From Lytechinus pictus (lineage: Eukaryota): a stretch of DNA of 64,000 nt. The position numbers and the translations under genes were made by a program. The stretch is taken from positions 20,524,001 to 20,588,000 of the forward strand of contig NC_087251.1 in assembly GCF_037042905.1 (NCBI RefSeq). Direction: 5' to 3'. Shown here in pieces: positions 43,601-57,300 of the stretch; the stretch's first letter is position 1, and every line of letters begins with the position of its first letter. The notes beneath the pieces are model-generated. The model was not told where the DNA came from. It made no database searches and was given only the letters and a program-made list of their open reading frames with translations.

Positions 43601-46600
43601 CTTACTCTTGCTATTTAGACTGCATAATGGTTTAGGAAGAAATTGTGTTTGCTCTTGAATATGAATCAGTCTGTGCTGACCAAAGATCAACATGTATTTA
43701 GCTTCAAAAGGTTTGATAAAATATGGTGTTAAGAGCAGTGATAGTTATCAATGAATATGATTAATCATGCAAGTGCTATAATGTTTGACTTACTTGCCGA
43801 CAATCTGAAGATCCCTCACCCCAACATCTGATGTCCTTTTATTAATCTCCTACAGCAAGCACAGAGGAACAAAACAATGTATTAATAATTTCTCAAATGA
43901 AACTACTCTGAAAAAAGAGTGATTATTCATGAGTGACTGGTATAAAAATGTCATATCCATCAATCAACACTACTTATTGTGTTGGTCAGGGAAGCTAAAA
44001 TTCCGCAGCGAATCACCCTATCAAAGAGCATGTGCACAGAGCAAAAAATCTGAAGAATTTAGGTACATGTACATTTTCGTCCATATTAAAAACTGAAATC
44101 TATTAGTCTTTGTGTATACCTTGGCTGCTCAAAATGATACTGTGACCACACATACTGGCAAATTCTGATAGAAAATATATCTGTTTCATTAAATGACTAA
44201 CAAAAATGTATTTCCTTGAAGAACATATAGAGGCAGCCCATCATGTTAAGTGGCTTTGGTGTAAGTTTTCTACATCCCTAATGATTGTAGAGAGAAATAG
44301 AAGACTTTAAATAAAACAGATGCTGAGTTTGATTGTTGAAATTAACGGATACAGCAAAAGTGCCTCTAATTCGGGGTATTTTCCCTTCTTAATTCCCCAT
44401 TGTTTAGTCTGTGTTGAAATGGGAAAATCTGGGGGCCGTAACACAAAGCTTAGCAATGATCGTAGAAATTTTTTCTACGATTGACTGCAATGACTACAAT
44501 GTACAATCAATTGTGAAAATCAAACATACGATCAATCACTAACCTTTGTGTTACGGGACCCAGAAGAGAAAACAAGCTGAATGGGATTCCTGAGAAATGA
44601 CATGGTCAAATGTGTGTCTAAGATTGAAGATATGGAAATGAAATACATAATATTAACCCACCTCCTGGAGACCTTTGCATTCTTCTACACAGACAATATT
44701 CTTACGTGGGTTGACAACCTCTACCACAAACGGCCTCCCTGTAAAATTAGAAAATAATATATACAAATTGCATCATCTTGTGAATTAAAATGAATTCGAG
44801 TGCAATGAAATGCCCCCTGACACTATAATATGTATCACACATTTTTCTAATTATTCAAACAATACAGATAAAAAAATTTCAGCATCTCTTGTCCTACACA
44901 GTATTCATTAAGTTTAATTTAATTGTGGCTTTGAGAATTTCAAAGTCTTAACAAATCGTAAATATTGAAATTAATTGTGAATTAATTGTCAATTGCAAAA
45001 GGCAACCACAGCATTAAATAAAATAGATACACATTTCACCAACTCACCACTTTTAAAAGAAAGAAAATGTGGGAATGACTATAAGATTGCATTAAAGATA
45101 CTGAAACCCATTCTATTACATGTATTACATCTGTAATTAACATAAAGTATAATTTTCAAACTCACCTTTGCCTAATGTCCTTACATCAACATCCTCTCTA
45201 CCAGATGAAGCAAACCGATAATCTGGACGATAAAATAAATCCATAATTAGGACTCAAGTACTAGGAGCTGTAAATAGATTGGGAGCATTCTCTTACCTGT
45301 TCCATAAATATCATTTCAGAATGCCCAAGCGTAAAGCCTTTCTGGAAACGTATTGTGTATTTGATTAATTCAATGTTTAAAGAAAAAATTATATTAAACG
45401 AAAAATTATTAATAGTTGGTTTTGATTTCACACATGAAAAAGGAACAGATATAAATACAGTCCTTGTGTATGCTAAATATGCAATCTATTTGATGTATAT
45501 GATTAATTATTTTCAAGGTAAACCATACAACAGTTATTCTATATGGCATGTGTTTAAATATGAAATTCTTTTAGACAACATCTCAGATGTTGTCTCTAAG
45601 ACCCTGGATGTTAATACATGTTGGCAATTGAATGAATAAAGAACCTCTGACACGAGGAAAAAAATATATATCATTGATTAAAAAAGAATTCACATGATAT
45701 ATACAAGACGGGAGTCAGTATAAACATGCCTTCCCACATCAAACTTTTGCATAGTGTCACAGCCTCGCATTTACCCTACATCAAAATAATTAGCAATTGC
45801 GCTTATTAGCATCAGTTTCAGAGCTGCTCTGCAGCTGCTTTCAGACAGACAGTCAAGCAGCAACTTTGAATCAGCACTGCATCAAAACCATGTAGGCTTG
45901 TTTACAAGCTTGTGAACATAGCCATTAAGGCTTGCGCTTATCATTCTCGGACATGGAGGTCATGATGTGTTTTGGATTATAAAAGATTGTTGTATGGAGT
46001 AACTTGATCAAGTATGAATACACCATGGCAATTTAATGCAGCGTTTTATTGCTCACGACGAATGTGTTTGATGCAGGCTTCTTGTGGGATGATCACTCCA
46101 CAGCAGTCTCGCACCGAGTTTGAAATCCAGTACAATTGCAGTATTAAAAAAATTAAAAGAAAAAAAAAATCACCATTGCAACAAACAAAAAATGTTTATT
46201 GAATGTTTTTATTGAAGGATTTAACTAACCTGCTGCTCTCAATGCTTCTTGAATTGGTTCACATATATGCTCCTCTACAGAAGATTCTGTCTTCCTTTCA
46301 CCCTCTAGAATCCATGGGGTTTGTGATAGGTGTCGAGAATGTTTGGTGTAACGACCTGTATAAGTTTAAAATGTATTTAATGTAGTTATTTGTGGTGTTA
46401 GCAATTAGCATGGTGTTTATAGCATGGTGCTCAAAGTCACTTTGACAAAAATCCATAACACTGCTTTAGCAAAAATCCTTCTCAGTATTCTTCACAGTAG
46501 CTTTCCCAAATTTCCCACAGTCTTGTCTATACTAATATTAAGGATTAGAAAAGAAAAGATGCTCTGTAGGATTTCCAATTGAAAATCATGGCTCACTCAT

Positions 46601-49600
46601 GATATCGCGTACGACGTGCGCGCATCCACATATAGCGTCAAAAAGGGTCTGTTTTCAGCCCTTCTACATGAAGAGTTGCCTGTACTTTTAGCTTTGCTAT
46701 CTCCAACTTGCAACAAATTCACCCATACAGATGTATCAAACCAGTGGCAATTATTTCACGAGCTCTACAACAAGCACCTTCTTCCCGTACTTGGTCCTCA
46801 TGTGGGCCAAGCATCTGATGGAGATTCACAAAACGAAAGCTTATGGTACAAAGAGCCCTGACCAGTACTCAATAGACCATCCTAATTTTGGAATTTCCGC
46901 CTCTCTCAAACATGAGCAAGGGATGCCTCAAGTCTACAATCTCATGGAACAAGACTTCATTCACAATGCCAAGAAGCTTGTATCCTCCGTCCGAAATGGG
47001 AGCTCGATGCAGGAGGAAATACGATTCATATGTCACACTTGGAGCTACTTCTCGCAAAATGTAATCAAGCAAAGCATGGGCTCAGGGAAGAACGGCAAAA
47101 CTTGGAGTCAGTACAGCGGCTTGCCTTTCCCAGGGTACGTGAGTCATTACAAACCCTTCAAACTCATGGTCAAAAGCCAGTAAATCCATTATATTGGGTC
47201 CAAAACTTACATAGAACTTGTTTGGCCCTAAATATTCTATTCATACTCGACCACTCTTCAAGAGAGAATAATAAATGCGGCATATGTTGCAAATTTCCTA
47301 TGGTTGTGGAGGAATTGGATTGTAGCGATACCAGGATTAACATTGGCAACCAATTTGATTTTAAGAGAAACGTACACAGACATTGTACTGAGCTGCCATT
47401 TCATTGTCCTCATCAAGGCAACCAGAGACTTTACACCAAGACAACGCATCATGCCCCATCGGACTGGCTCTGACACGTGTGAAGATTACTTCAGTGAAAA
47501 CGGGTCCTTTGTCATAAACAAGCACACATCCATGTTTGGAGACATGGTAAATAATCTGGGCGCTATGAACCGACTCCAAGAAATAAGCAGTGATCCAGAT
47601 GGTCCTGTTATCAAGAAATCCGATGTTAAACAGGATAAAATATGGTACAAAGACAACGTAAAACCAGATAAGGGACCAGACATGAAAAACTACCTTTCAG
47701 AAAAGCCAGTGAATCCATTGGGTACAATAGCTTAACTAGAACTTGTTTGGTGGTATATAGAAATATTCTATTCATACTCGGCCACTCTTCAGGAGAGAAT
47801 AATAAATGCGGTGGTATCTGCTTGGCAAAGAGGCTACGAATAGGCACAAGTAAAGGCACTACAACTGGGTACAGAGTTTATTTTTGCATACAAATATATC
47901 CTAGTTCTATTAATATCATTTAATAACTTACTTGATCATTGGCATGATAACCAGTGTTTAACCACATAAAAGGCAGTATTTTTAATGTTTCATTTTGTTA
48001 AATGTTCACTTTCCCATGTGTTGATGTTATTCATAAATAATTGAACTTGTTTTATATAAATATATATCTTTTTTATGATATGAAAATGTAGTAGGCTACT
48101 CCCACAGTCAAAGTCTGATTTGAATGTGCATACTGTTACCCTGATTATGTAATAAATAATTTGTTTGCATGTGTAGCCATTCATGCAAGATTGCCATTAT
48201 CAAGATTTTCCATAGAATTTGTTTGAAAATATATATACATGTATATTGTTAAATTCTATTTTGGTTTTAAATTCAGATTTTTTTATTTTGATTGTTTTTT
48301 AATGATGGTTTTATCACTTTGAACACTTTAAACAAGTTGACAGACCAGTATTTTAATGGAGCGAAATAGCCCAGTTCAGTAAGGATTAAATGATAAAGAT
48401 TATCAGTGACTTACCAGCAAGGAAAACTGATTCATGAAGACATTCAATGGAGTATGAAGATCCACTCTGAGGGATGACTGGAGGATGAGGAAGCAATCTA
48501 GTGATATACAATATGAAATGTACATTATCATATGGGTGTGTCATCAAGTACAATCATGTATAACTTTATGAAATAACTTCAATATCACGGCCCAAAATGT
48601 GAGCACATAGCCTTTTCTTCAAAGTATAGCCTATAGGTATATCTGTAATTGCTATAATTTCATTTACATTCTGGTAAATAATGTGCTTTTTATTTAAAAA
48701 AAATATATATATATATATTAGCATGAATTAACATCTGAATATTTAAAATTTTATTTTATCAAATTGAAAATGAGTATGAGTAAAGACTCACTTGGCTTGC
48801 TATATTCTGGTCATTTGTTAAAGTCATGCATAACATTACAACAGACTGAGATTTACATTATTTTCTGATGATTTTACAATAAATCACATCATTTTATGGC
48901 AAAATTTCAAGTCTGTATCTTATCTCAATTTTCTCTTCTGATTAAATATGATTGAGTATCACATGTGGCTTGTCATACGTAAGTCATCAATAAACTCACA
49001 AATGACTTTATGAAAAGCCCTTCTGACCTGAAATGTTGAAAAATACAATAGATTTTTCAAATTAAATTGCTAAATGTATGTGTTTGGTTTGCCAATGGTT
49101 TGCCAAAAACTTATTGCATTACTGGGACTATACAATAATACATCTTCTTTTACCTCTTGAGATGCCTACTAGTCAGCCCTCGAAGTGCACTTCCAATCAG
49201 CTGTTTAGTAGGCCCTTCTTTCTTCTTGTGAGAATTCTTCCAAAACTTTTCAAAATGGAGAGAAAAGAGAGAGACATATGGACATGAAATTACATTGCAC
49301 CACACTTTACCACGGCTGCAACAATAATTATCAAGTATGTATCCTGGACTTTAGCTGATAAAACTATAAATGAACAAGGAGACATACGTACAGCATATAC
49401 TATGGGACAAAAATAGTATACAATGTGTTTTTATGTAAACCGAAATATATTATCTTTGTTAGTGTAGAGCTGTAGTGTGAACAGGGTTTTATAGATGTGT
49501 TCTTCATTATTCTTGATCATCCTCTCTTCTCTTTGTTAGTCGTCAAAATTCCATCTTTTCTTCCATCACCTTCTTTACATTCCTTTCAACATGCCAGATT

Positions 49601-52600
49601 CACTCTTCCATCCCTTTCTTTTGTTCATGCTCATGTTCACTCATACTTGACTCTTGCTAAGTTCTTATTCTCTGATTGGTTCTCTCCCTCTGACTTAGGT
49701 TAATTAATATTCATTAGCAGCTATTCATTTGCCATGTATATTCATGTATTTCTTTTATTTGCTATCTTTGATATTTGAATATTCATTATTTACCTTTGTT
49801 ATATATAAATCATGCATGTTAATATTTTATGCCAAATAGACCCCTGAGGTTTAAAGTTATTCAGCCCAGGGCAGTTCATCACAGGCAATCATTGAGTGAG
49901 GTTGTCTCATGTCTCTGTAAGTTTTTAGAACCACGCCCTTTACCGCTCTGGCCACTCTACATTAGTATCATCAGTGTGCCCATTTTGTATATTAGTTTTC
50001 ATTATTTCACAGAGATTAGGTTCATGTAAACTTACTCCATCTACAATAAAATGGGAAAAGTTAATCTTTGTTATAAAGACTCCTTCTGATATTATTGCTT
50101 GTTGCAAATAGTCAAGTTTAGGTTTCATATCAGTAGATTTCCCTCTCAGAAAGTAACTGAACCAACCCTGACATAAGCTTACCTTTTGTCTTTTGTGAGC
50201 TGGTTCTTTATCTGTTACCTCATCATATCTGGTAAAAACAACAAAATTATATTAGAATAAAGGTGTTTTCACAGTTGCCATAAAAATCATTTTTCTTTAC
50301 AGATACAGTACTGGCCATATACACGAGAAGAATGTTGGAGACCACCGTTTACACAGCAAGAATTTCACTAAAATGGCATCAAAGTCCATGATTTTTTTTA
50401 AGTTGAATTCTTCTGTTGCTATTAGAGAAAATATCTTTGGAATATTTTGAATATCCTTGGAATTGCAATTAAGAAAAGATTCTTCAGACATCATAATTAC
50501 AGAATTTGATTGGGTTTATAATTCTTTCTCTTCTTTAACATGTGCTTAGTCAACATGAAGTCACTTGTCTTTGATTTCGAATAATAAAGGGTCATACTCT
50601 TGACATCAACAATCATTCCTCTAATTTTGGTAGAAATAAGAAAAAATCCTCTTCTTAGTAGTCAATATTGCTGGTTCTAATGATCCTGACACATGATATG
50701 AGTATAAACACTAACATTTCATATTCCTCCATTGACATTTACATTCTAAGTAAGTAGTGTAAGTGGAAAACAAGTGGAGCGCCTCTGGCTGTCTCACCTG
50801 CATCGCGCGATTCAATATAGCAGTAGTGCTGACTTTGAAAACTACTATAAAATAATTATTAAAAAAAACACCATTCATATACCAAGAAAATACTAGTTCA
50901 TTGACAATAAATGACATTTGACCTTGATCATGCGACCTAAGACTTGTCAGTGATACTTGATTACCCCTATATCCACATTTTATAAACTATACATGTATGT
51001 TTAAACTTTGAAAGTTATGACAGCAATCTAATAATTACCTCAAAAATGGCCAAAGTTCAATGACCTTAAATGACCTTTGACTTTAGTCATGTGACCTGAA
51101 ACTCGCACGAGATGTTCAGTGATACTTTATTACTCTTATGTCCAAGTTCTATTAGGTAGACCAATACACTTTACAGAGTTATGTTGTTAATTCAACAAAT
51201 ACCCCCACCATGGCCAAAGTTCATTGACCTTAAATGACCTTTGACCTTGATCATGTAACCTGAAACTCGCACAGGATGTTTAGTGATACTTTATTACTCA
51301 TATGTCCAAGTTTCATGAATCAGATCCATAAACTTTTAAAGTTTGATGGTAATTCAACAGATACCCCCAACATGGCCAAAGTTCATTGACCTTTGACCTT
51401 GGTCATGTGACCTGATATTCGCACAGGATGTTTAGTGATACTTGATTACTCTTATGTCCAAGTTTTATGAACTAGACCAATACACTTTCCAAGTAATGAT
51501 GGTAATTCAACAAATACCCCCAACTTGGCCAAAGTTCATTAACCCTAAATGACCTTTGACCTTGGTCATGTGACTTGAATTTCCAGTAGGATGTTCAGTA
51601 ATACTTGATTAACCTTGTGTCTAAGTTTCATAAACTTGGTCCATATATTTTCTAAGTTATGATGATATTTCAAAAACTTAATCTTAGGTTATGATTTTGA
51701 TGTTGATTCCCCCTTCATGGTCTAAGTTCATTGACCCCAAATGACCATTGACCTTGGTCATGTGACCTGAAACTCAGGCAGAATATTCAGTAATACTTGA
51801 TTAAGCTTATGTCTAAGTTTCATGAACTATGTCCATACACTTTCTAAGTTATGATGTCGTTTCAAAAACTTAACCTTCGGTTAAGATTTGGTGTTGACGC
51901 CGCCGCCGTCGGAAAAGCGGCACCTATAGTCTCACTCTGCTATGCAGGTGAGACAAAAACCTGGTTAGACCTCCGGTGACACGACATTTGCTCCTGCGAC
52001 AATTGCTCCGGGCTTAATATTTCAGAAGGCATAGGATTAGAGTTAGGATTGTGATAGAGTTTTTGGTTCAGAATATTGTAATGATTACGAATAGGGTTTA
52101 TTTAGTTTTGGAAGTTAGGTTTTATGTTTTGCTTATTGTGTAGATTTTCCATCGGAGCAATTGTCGCCGGAGCAAATGTCATGGAACCAGACCTCCATAC
52201 TATATAATGATGACTTAAAAGACCAAAACACCTATAACCTTATAACAAATAGTTCACCTAAGATAGAGAGTTTTTCACTCCGTTCAGTTAATTTACCTTC
52301 TATATTTGTTATAAAATGTCATTGAACTGTCTATATTGTTTTGAATATGTACTATTACTTCGATTATATTGTTTATTTTGTTGAACGGAAATAAATAAAT
52401 CTAAATCTAATTTAAAAACAATGATTCTGTAATGCTAGGAATTAAGTGTGTTGAATCTTGCTACTCACAATGTGTCTACTTCTCCTTGTGTTTCCTGATG
52501 TTCAAAACTCAAGCCAACCTCAAATGAGCTCTACAAGGAAGGGGTTATAAATCAAAGCAAATTAGTTACAAATGGTCATAGTGAAAACAAGAGTGTCGCT

Positions 52601-54347
52601 AAGGCGAGCACATAATACGCCCGCCTGTAACATGGAAAATGGAGTTATTGGTCAAGCAAGAAAAGTGGAAGGTGGCAACTTCACCTTTGACCTTCTGACC
52701 TCAAAATCAATAGAATTGCTGAGATCTATGCTAGTATCATACACACCAAATTATATAGCCTAGGTTAAGTTAAACTAAAGTTATCGTGTTTACAAGGACT
52801 TCAGAAGGGTACGATGAAAACATGTCAGTGTGACCTTGACCTTTGACCTTTTGACCTCAAAATCGATAGGCTTCCTGGGATCCATGCTAGTATCATACAC
52901 ACCAAATTTTATGAGCCTAGGTTAAGTTAAACTGAAGTTATCACGTTTACAAGGACTGCTGAAGGGTAAGATGAAAATATGTCGGTGTGACCTTGACCTT
53001 TGACCTTTTGACTTCAAAATCGATACATTTCCTGGGATCTATGCTAGTATCATACACACCAAATGTTATGAGCCTAGGTTAACTTAAACTGAAGTTATCA
53101 CGTTTACAAGGACTGCTAAAGGGTAAGATGAAAATATGTCGGTGTGACCTTGACCTTTGACCTTTTGACTTCAAAATCGATACATTTCCTGGGATCCATG
53201 CTAGTATCATACACACCAAATAATATGAGCCTAGGTTAAGTCAAACTGAAGTAATCGGGTTGACAAGGAAAAGTTAACGGACGGACACCAAGCGTGATAC
53301 CATAATACGTCCTGTCTAGGACGGGCATATAAAAAATACACTGCAGAGAAGGTGAGTTACAACCCCTAGCCCCAAAAGAAAAAAAATGAGAAAATAAGAA
53401 ACAGTACTTGTAGGTTGCAAAGTGCCCAGCAAACTGCTACTGGGGTCAATACAGAATGTAATTTAGTATGAACAGAACTAGAACTGAGAAATCCCCTCTT
53501 CAGAAATTTTGTTTTTCCTTGTATACTTTAAAGTACATATATGCTTCATGTGATGAACAATCATAGCCAAAGTCTAGCCAATCTGTATTTCACAAAAAAC
53601 TAGATTTTAATTCGTCATGCGGACGAATTAGGTGGTCTGTCGTATAGATAGATAAACAGGAAAAAAATATTTAAACAGATATTAGATTGAAAAATAGATA
53701 GACAAACAGATTTACATAATCAAACAGATACATACAAGAAAGATAATTATATTAGATGGATGGAGTGATGGATGGAGAGATAAATTATAGGTGGTTATAT
53801 TAATAAAACATAGACATATATAGATAGATATAGAGAGACAGACATATAGATAGAGAGACAGACATATAGATAGATAGAGAGACAGACTTATAGATAGAGA
53901 GATAGATTGATAGATATATAGATATATAGATAGATAGAGAGATGATTGGTGGTTATATTAATAAAACATATATAAACATATAGATAGAAAGAGAGACAGA
54001 CAGATAGATAGATAGACAGATAGATAGACAGACATATATATAGATAGAGAGACAGACATATCATGAAGCTATTACGAGCTATCTCGTAATAGCTTCATGC
54101 TGCGTGGTCCTATCGCGTTATGTAAGCGGGCTCTAACTTTCGCCTGGCGGCTCGCCAATTGATGTTAGATATCGTTCCTTCGCCCGAAGGAAGCGATAAC
54201 AAAGGATTAAGAGAGAAATTGGAAGATGGTTCTCCTTCTCGTGATAGCTTCATGGATAGATAGACAGACATATAGATAGACAAACATATAGATAGACAGA
54301 GAGACAGAAATATAGATAGATAGAGAGACAGACATATAGATAGATAT

Positions 54348-54388
<41 letters not shown>

Positions 54389-57300
54389 CATATAGATAGA
54401 TACAGAGACAGACATATAGATTGATAGAGATCGAGACAGAGATAGATAGAGAGACAGACATATAGATGAATAGAGAGACAGACATATAGATAGATAGATA
54501 GATAGATAGACAGATAGATAGATAGATAGAGAGACAGACAGACAGATAGATAGATAGATATATAGATAGATAGATAGATAGAGACAGGCAGATGGATGGA
54601 TAGATAGATAGACATATCTAAACAGATAGATACATATATATTAGACAGAGAGAGAGAGAGAGAGATAAACAGACAGATAGATATACAATGTAGGTAGATA
54701 GACAGACAGACATATGGATAGATAGAGAGAGAGGGACGTATTCAAACAGAAAGATATATATTAGACAGAGAGATAGATATGTCATGTAGGTAGATAGACA
54801 GACAGATAAATAGATATGATATAAAAAAGTAATTATAATCTGTTTTATTTTGCAATATTTTAGCTATTATTTGTTAGAATTCTTATAATTGATCGTGGGC
54901 AAGATAGCTAAAAAAAAAAAAAAAAAAAAAAAATCATGTTCACCCGCGGACTCGAACCCCTGCCTGCATGATGGAATGAGAAGTAAGTCTGACGCCTAAC
55001 CGATTGAGCTAGAATATTTCCCATAGACTTAACACGTAAGCAAAACACCAGAATCTCAAATCCAATCTTGCAAGTGAATTACGGGCATGATCCCGACATC
55101 TGATCGGAAAATGAAGGAAACGCAACCGAAAGCTTAGAATCTCAGCTACAACATACTAAAAGCTCAGGGATAACTAGCAACAAAAATTGGAGATATGGCT
55201 TACGAAATAGAAGAATGTAGAATCTAGTTTTGAGAAAAAGTCATGTCCCATAGAGATTACACGCAAAATGAGTAAAAATGACATGCCATTATTATTTGCA
55301 ATTTTTGAGGATGATTTGTCTATCAAAATGAAAAATAAAGGCAATAACTCAGAAAGAGTAAGAACTAAGCTACAACATATCAAAAATTGGGTGAAAATTG
55401 ACCAATATTCACGGAGTTAGAGCAAGATTTGCATAATTATAATGACGTCATAATAGGCAAAATGGATTTTTTGAATTCCGACGCCATTTTGATGACGTCA
55501 TAATATACTTGAGGGTCAAATGAGACATGAAATTATATCTCTAGTTCATACTCTATCAAAATATGAAAAAAAAATTGGGGGTCCCCATGCGTTCTGAAGA
55601 GCTACAGCGGATTTTCTATAGGCATGTTTTTGCCCATATATGGCCTATAGTGAGAGCTCGCGCGCACACGTGCTGCAAACTTTAACGGGTGTTAATTTCC
55701 TTATTAATGGTCGTAGAAGGTTGATCAAGGTATCAAATTGCTCAAAATTATATGATCAATGCAATGAAATAAAAAAAAACGGTGTTTCTGAGTTGCATTG
55801 AGGCGTTACGCGCGGAAACGCGCGCGCATACGTTTGCGCGCGCAATTTTTTGAAATGCTTAAAATGACCTAAAACGTACTCTGTTTTGGTCAAAAAGTGA
55901 TTTTTAGCATTTTAAAATTTTGACGCGTGCGTACGCGCGCGTCGTGACCTTCAGGTGACCTTTGATGACATGACCTGATGACCCTTGATCTGAAGTTTAT
56001 GTCATGTGAATTTGATTTATTTTTGATAATTGATAATGGAGATATGATTGATAATGTGATTTTACAAAATGGCGTCTAGATGACGTCATGATGACGTCAT
56101 GACATTAAGATTCTTGCAGAATTGAGGTCTTATTGATGTTGATATGTGGTGATATTTTGATGATTATTGAATATGAACTTTCTGAGATTTGCTGTCCACA
56201 AGAAATGGAGGAAATAAAAATAAGAAATAAATAAATAAAGAAAGAAAATTCGGACAAACATAAGAGGTGATCTGTCATAGACAGACCACCTAATAATAAT
56301 TTTGAATTCAAACTCAACATTACATTATAAAAGATGATTGAAGTGGGGTGCAAGCACTGGAAGGGATTCAAGAAACAAACCTATTGTTAGTGGAATGAGT
56401 AGGGGTGGGGTGATCTATTGCTTTGTATCATCCCCCACCATCACCACATGTCAAAAAAAAAAAAAAAAAAATTTCAGAAAAGTCTTTGTTTCTCCACTAA
56501 TAATCACTTACCTTTGGAGAGAACCTGACCTTGAACCGGTAGCTGAAGAGACGACCACAAACCCACTTGAAGACATCCTTAATAGGTGTGATGTCGGTGG
56601 ACTTCAAAGACAATCTGAAAAAAAAATATACATGAAAATTATGGATAAAATGTCATGGTAACTTAAACTTCTAAGTAGTACTCATATTATTTATAAATTC
56701 CAGTTGTGCTAATAATCATAACATGAGCAAGAATAGAATCCAACAAAAATAACCACTTAAAATGTTTACGTATAAATATTATGTAACAAATCATAGCTAC
56801 GTAAATCAAAAATAAGCATTGAATTCTGTTTGGAAGATGGGCTTTTTTCTAGCTGTGTTGCCGATTTTAAGCTTACATGTTTCAGTCTAGATTACAATAT
56901 TTAAAGCATGTAGTTATGTCAAAACTAAATTTATCTATCCAACAATATACTTCCGTAACAATTACTAAATAGTGAAAAGCCTTTCTCTACTTATAATTGC
57001 AATGAATATTATTTGATCTTAAATTAAATTGCATCTCCTAGAAACATAAAGTGTTAATTATCTATTAAGCACAGCCAAAACTTTGCAAAACATGATAGAG
57101 AAAAATCAGATTCTCATTTCTGGACAAATATGTCACCAAATCATTCTACGCACTGTGTTTAGATGTGTATTACAGAACTCTCAAGAGATACACACATAAT
57201 GTTACATATCTGGTAATAACAAATTTGGACTTACTTGCAGATTTCATTGAGATGAGTTAGCAAACAATGCTGCAGAAACGAAAATGAAATACATATCTGA

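Larger units (their letters stand above)
53598..56295 (+). mobile_element. Helentron/DINE-like element, family C, containing a (GATA/GACA)n microsatellite and nested pieces
   Basis: 5' aactag..ttaggtggtctgtc; 3' hairpin ggtgatctgtc-ata-gacagaccacctaa, whose right arm is the inverted repeat of the 5' motif. Confidence 0.6.

Noticed and set aside
48792..48845. Possible extra PUS10 exon with a strong GTGAGT donor
   Set aside because: In the required phase it has an immediate TAA stop and the acceptor is weak; the model is complete without it.
54110..54615. Several 90-120 aa ORFs (YLSIYLS repeats)
   Set aside because: Translations of the GATA microsatellite.
54940..55015. Functional tRNA gene
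   Set aside because: A and B boxes are present but acceptor and anticodon stems do not pair; kept only as a tRNA-derived head.
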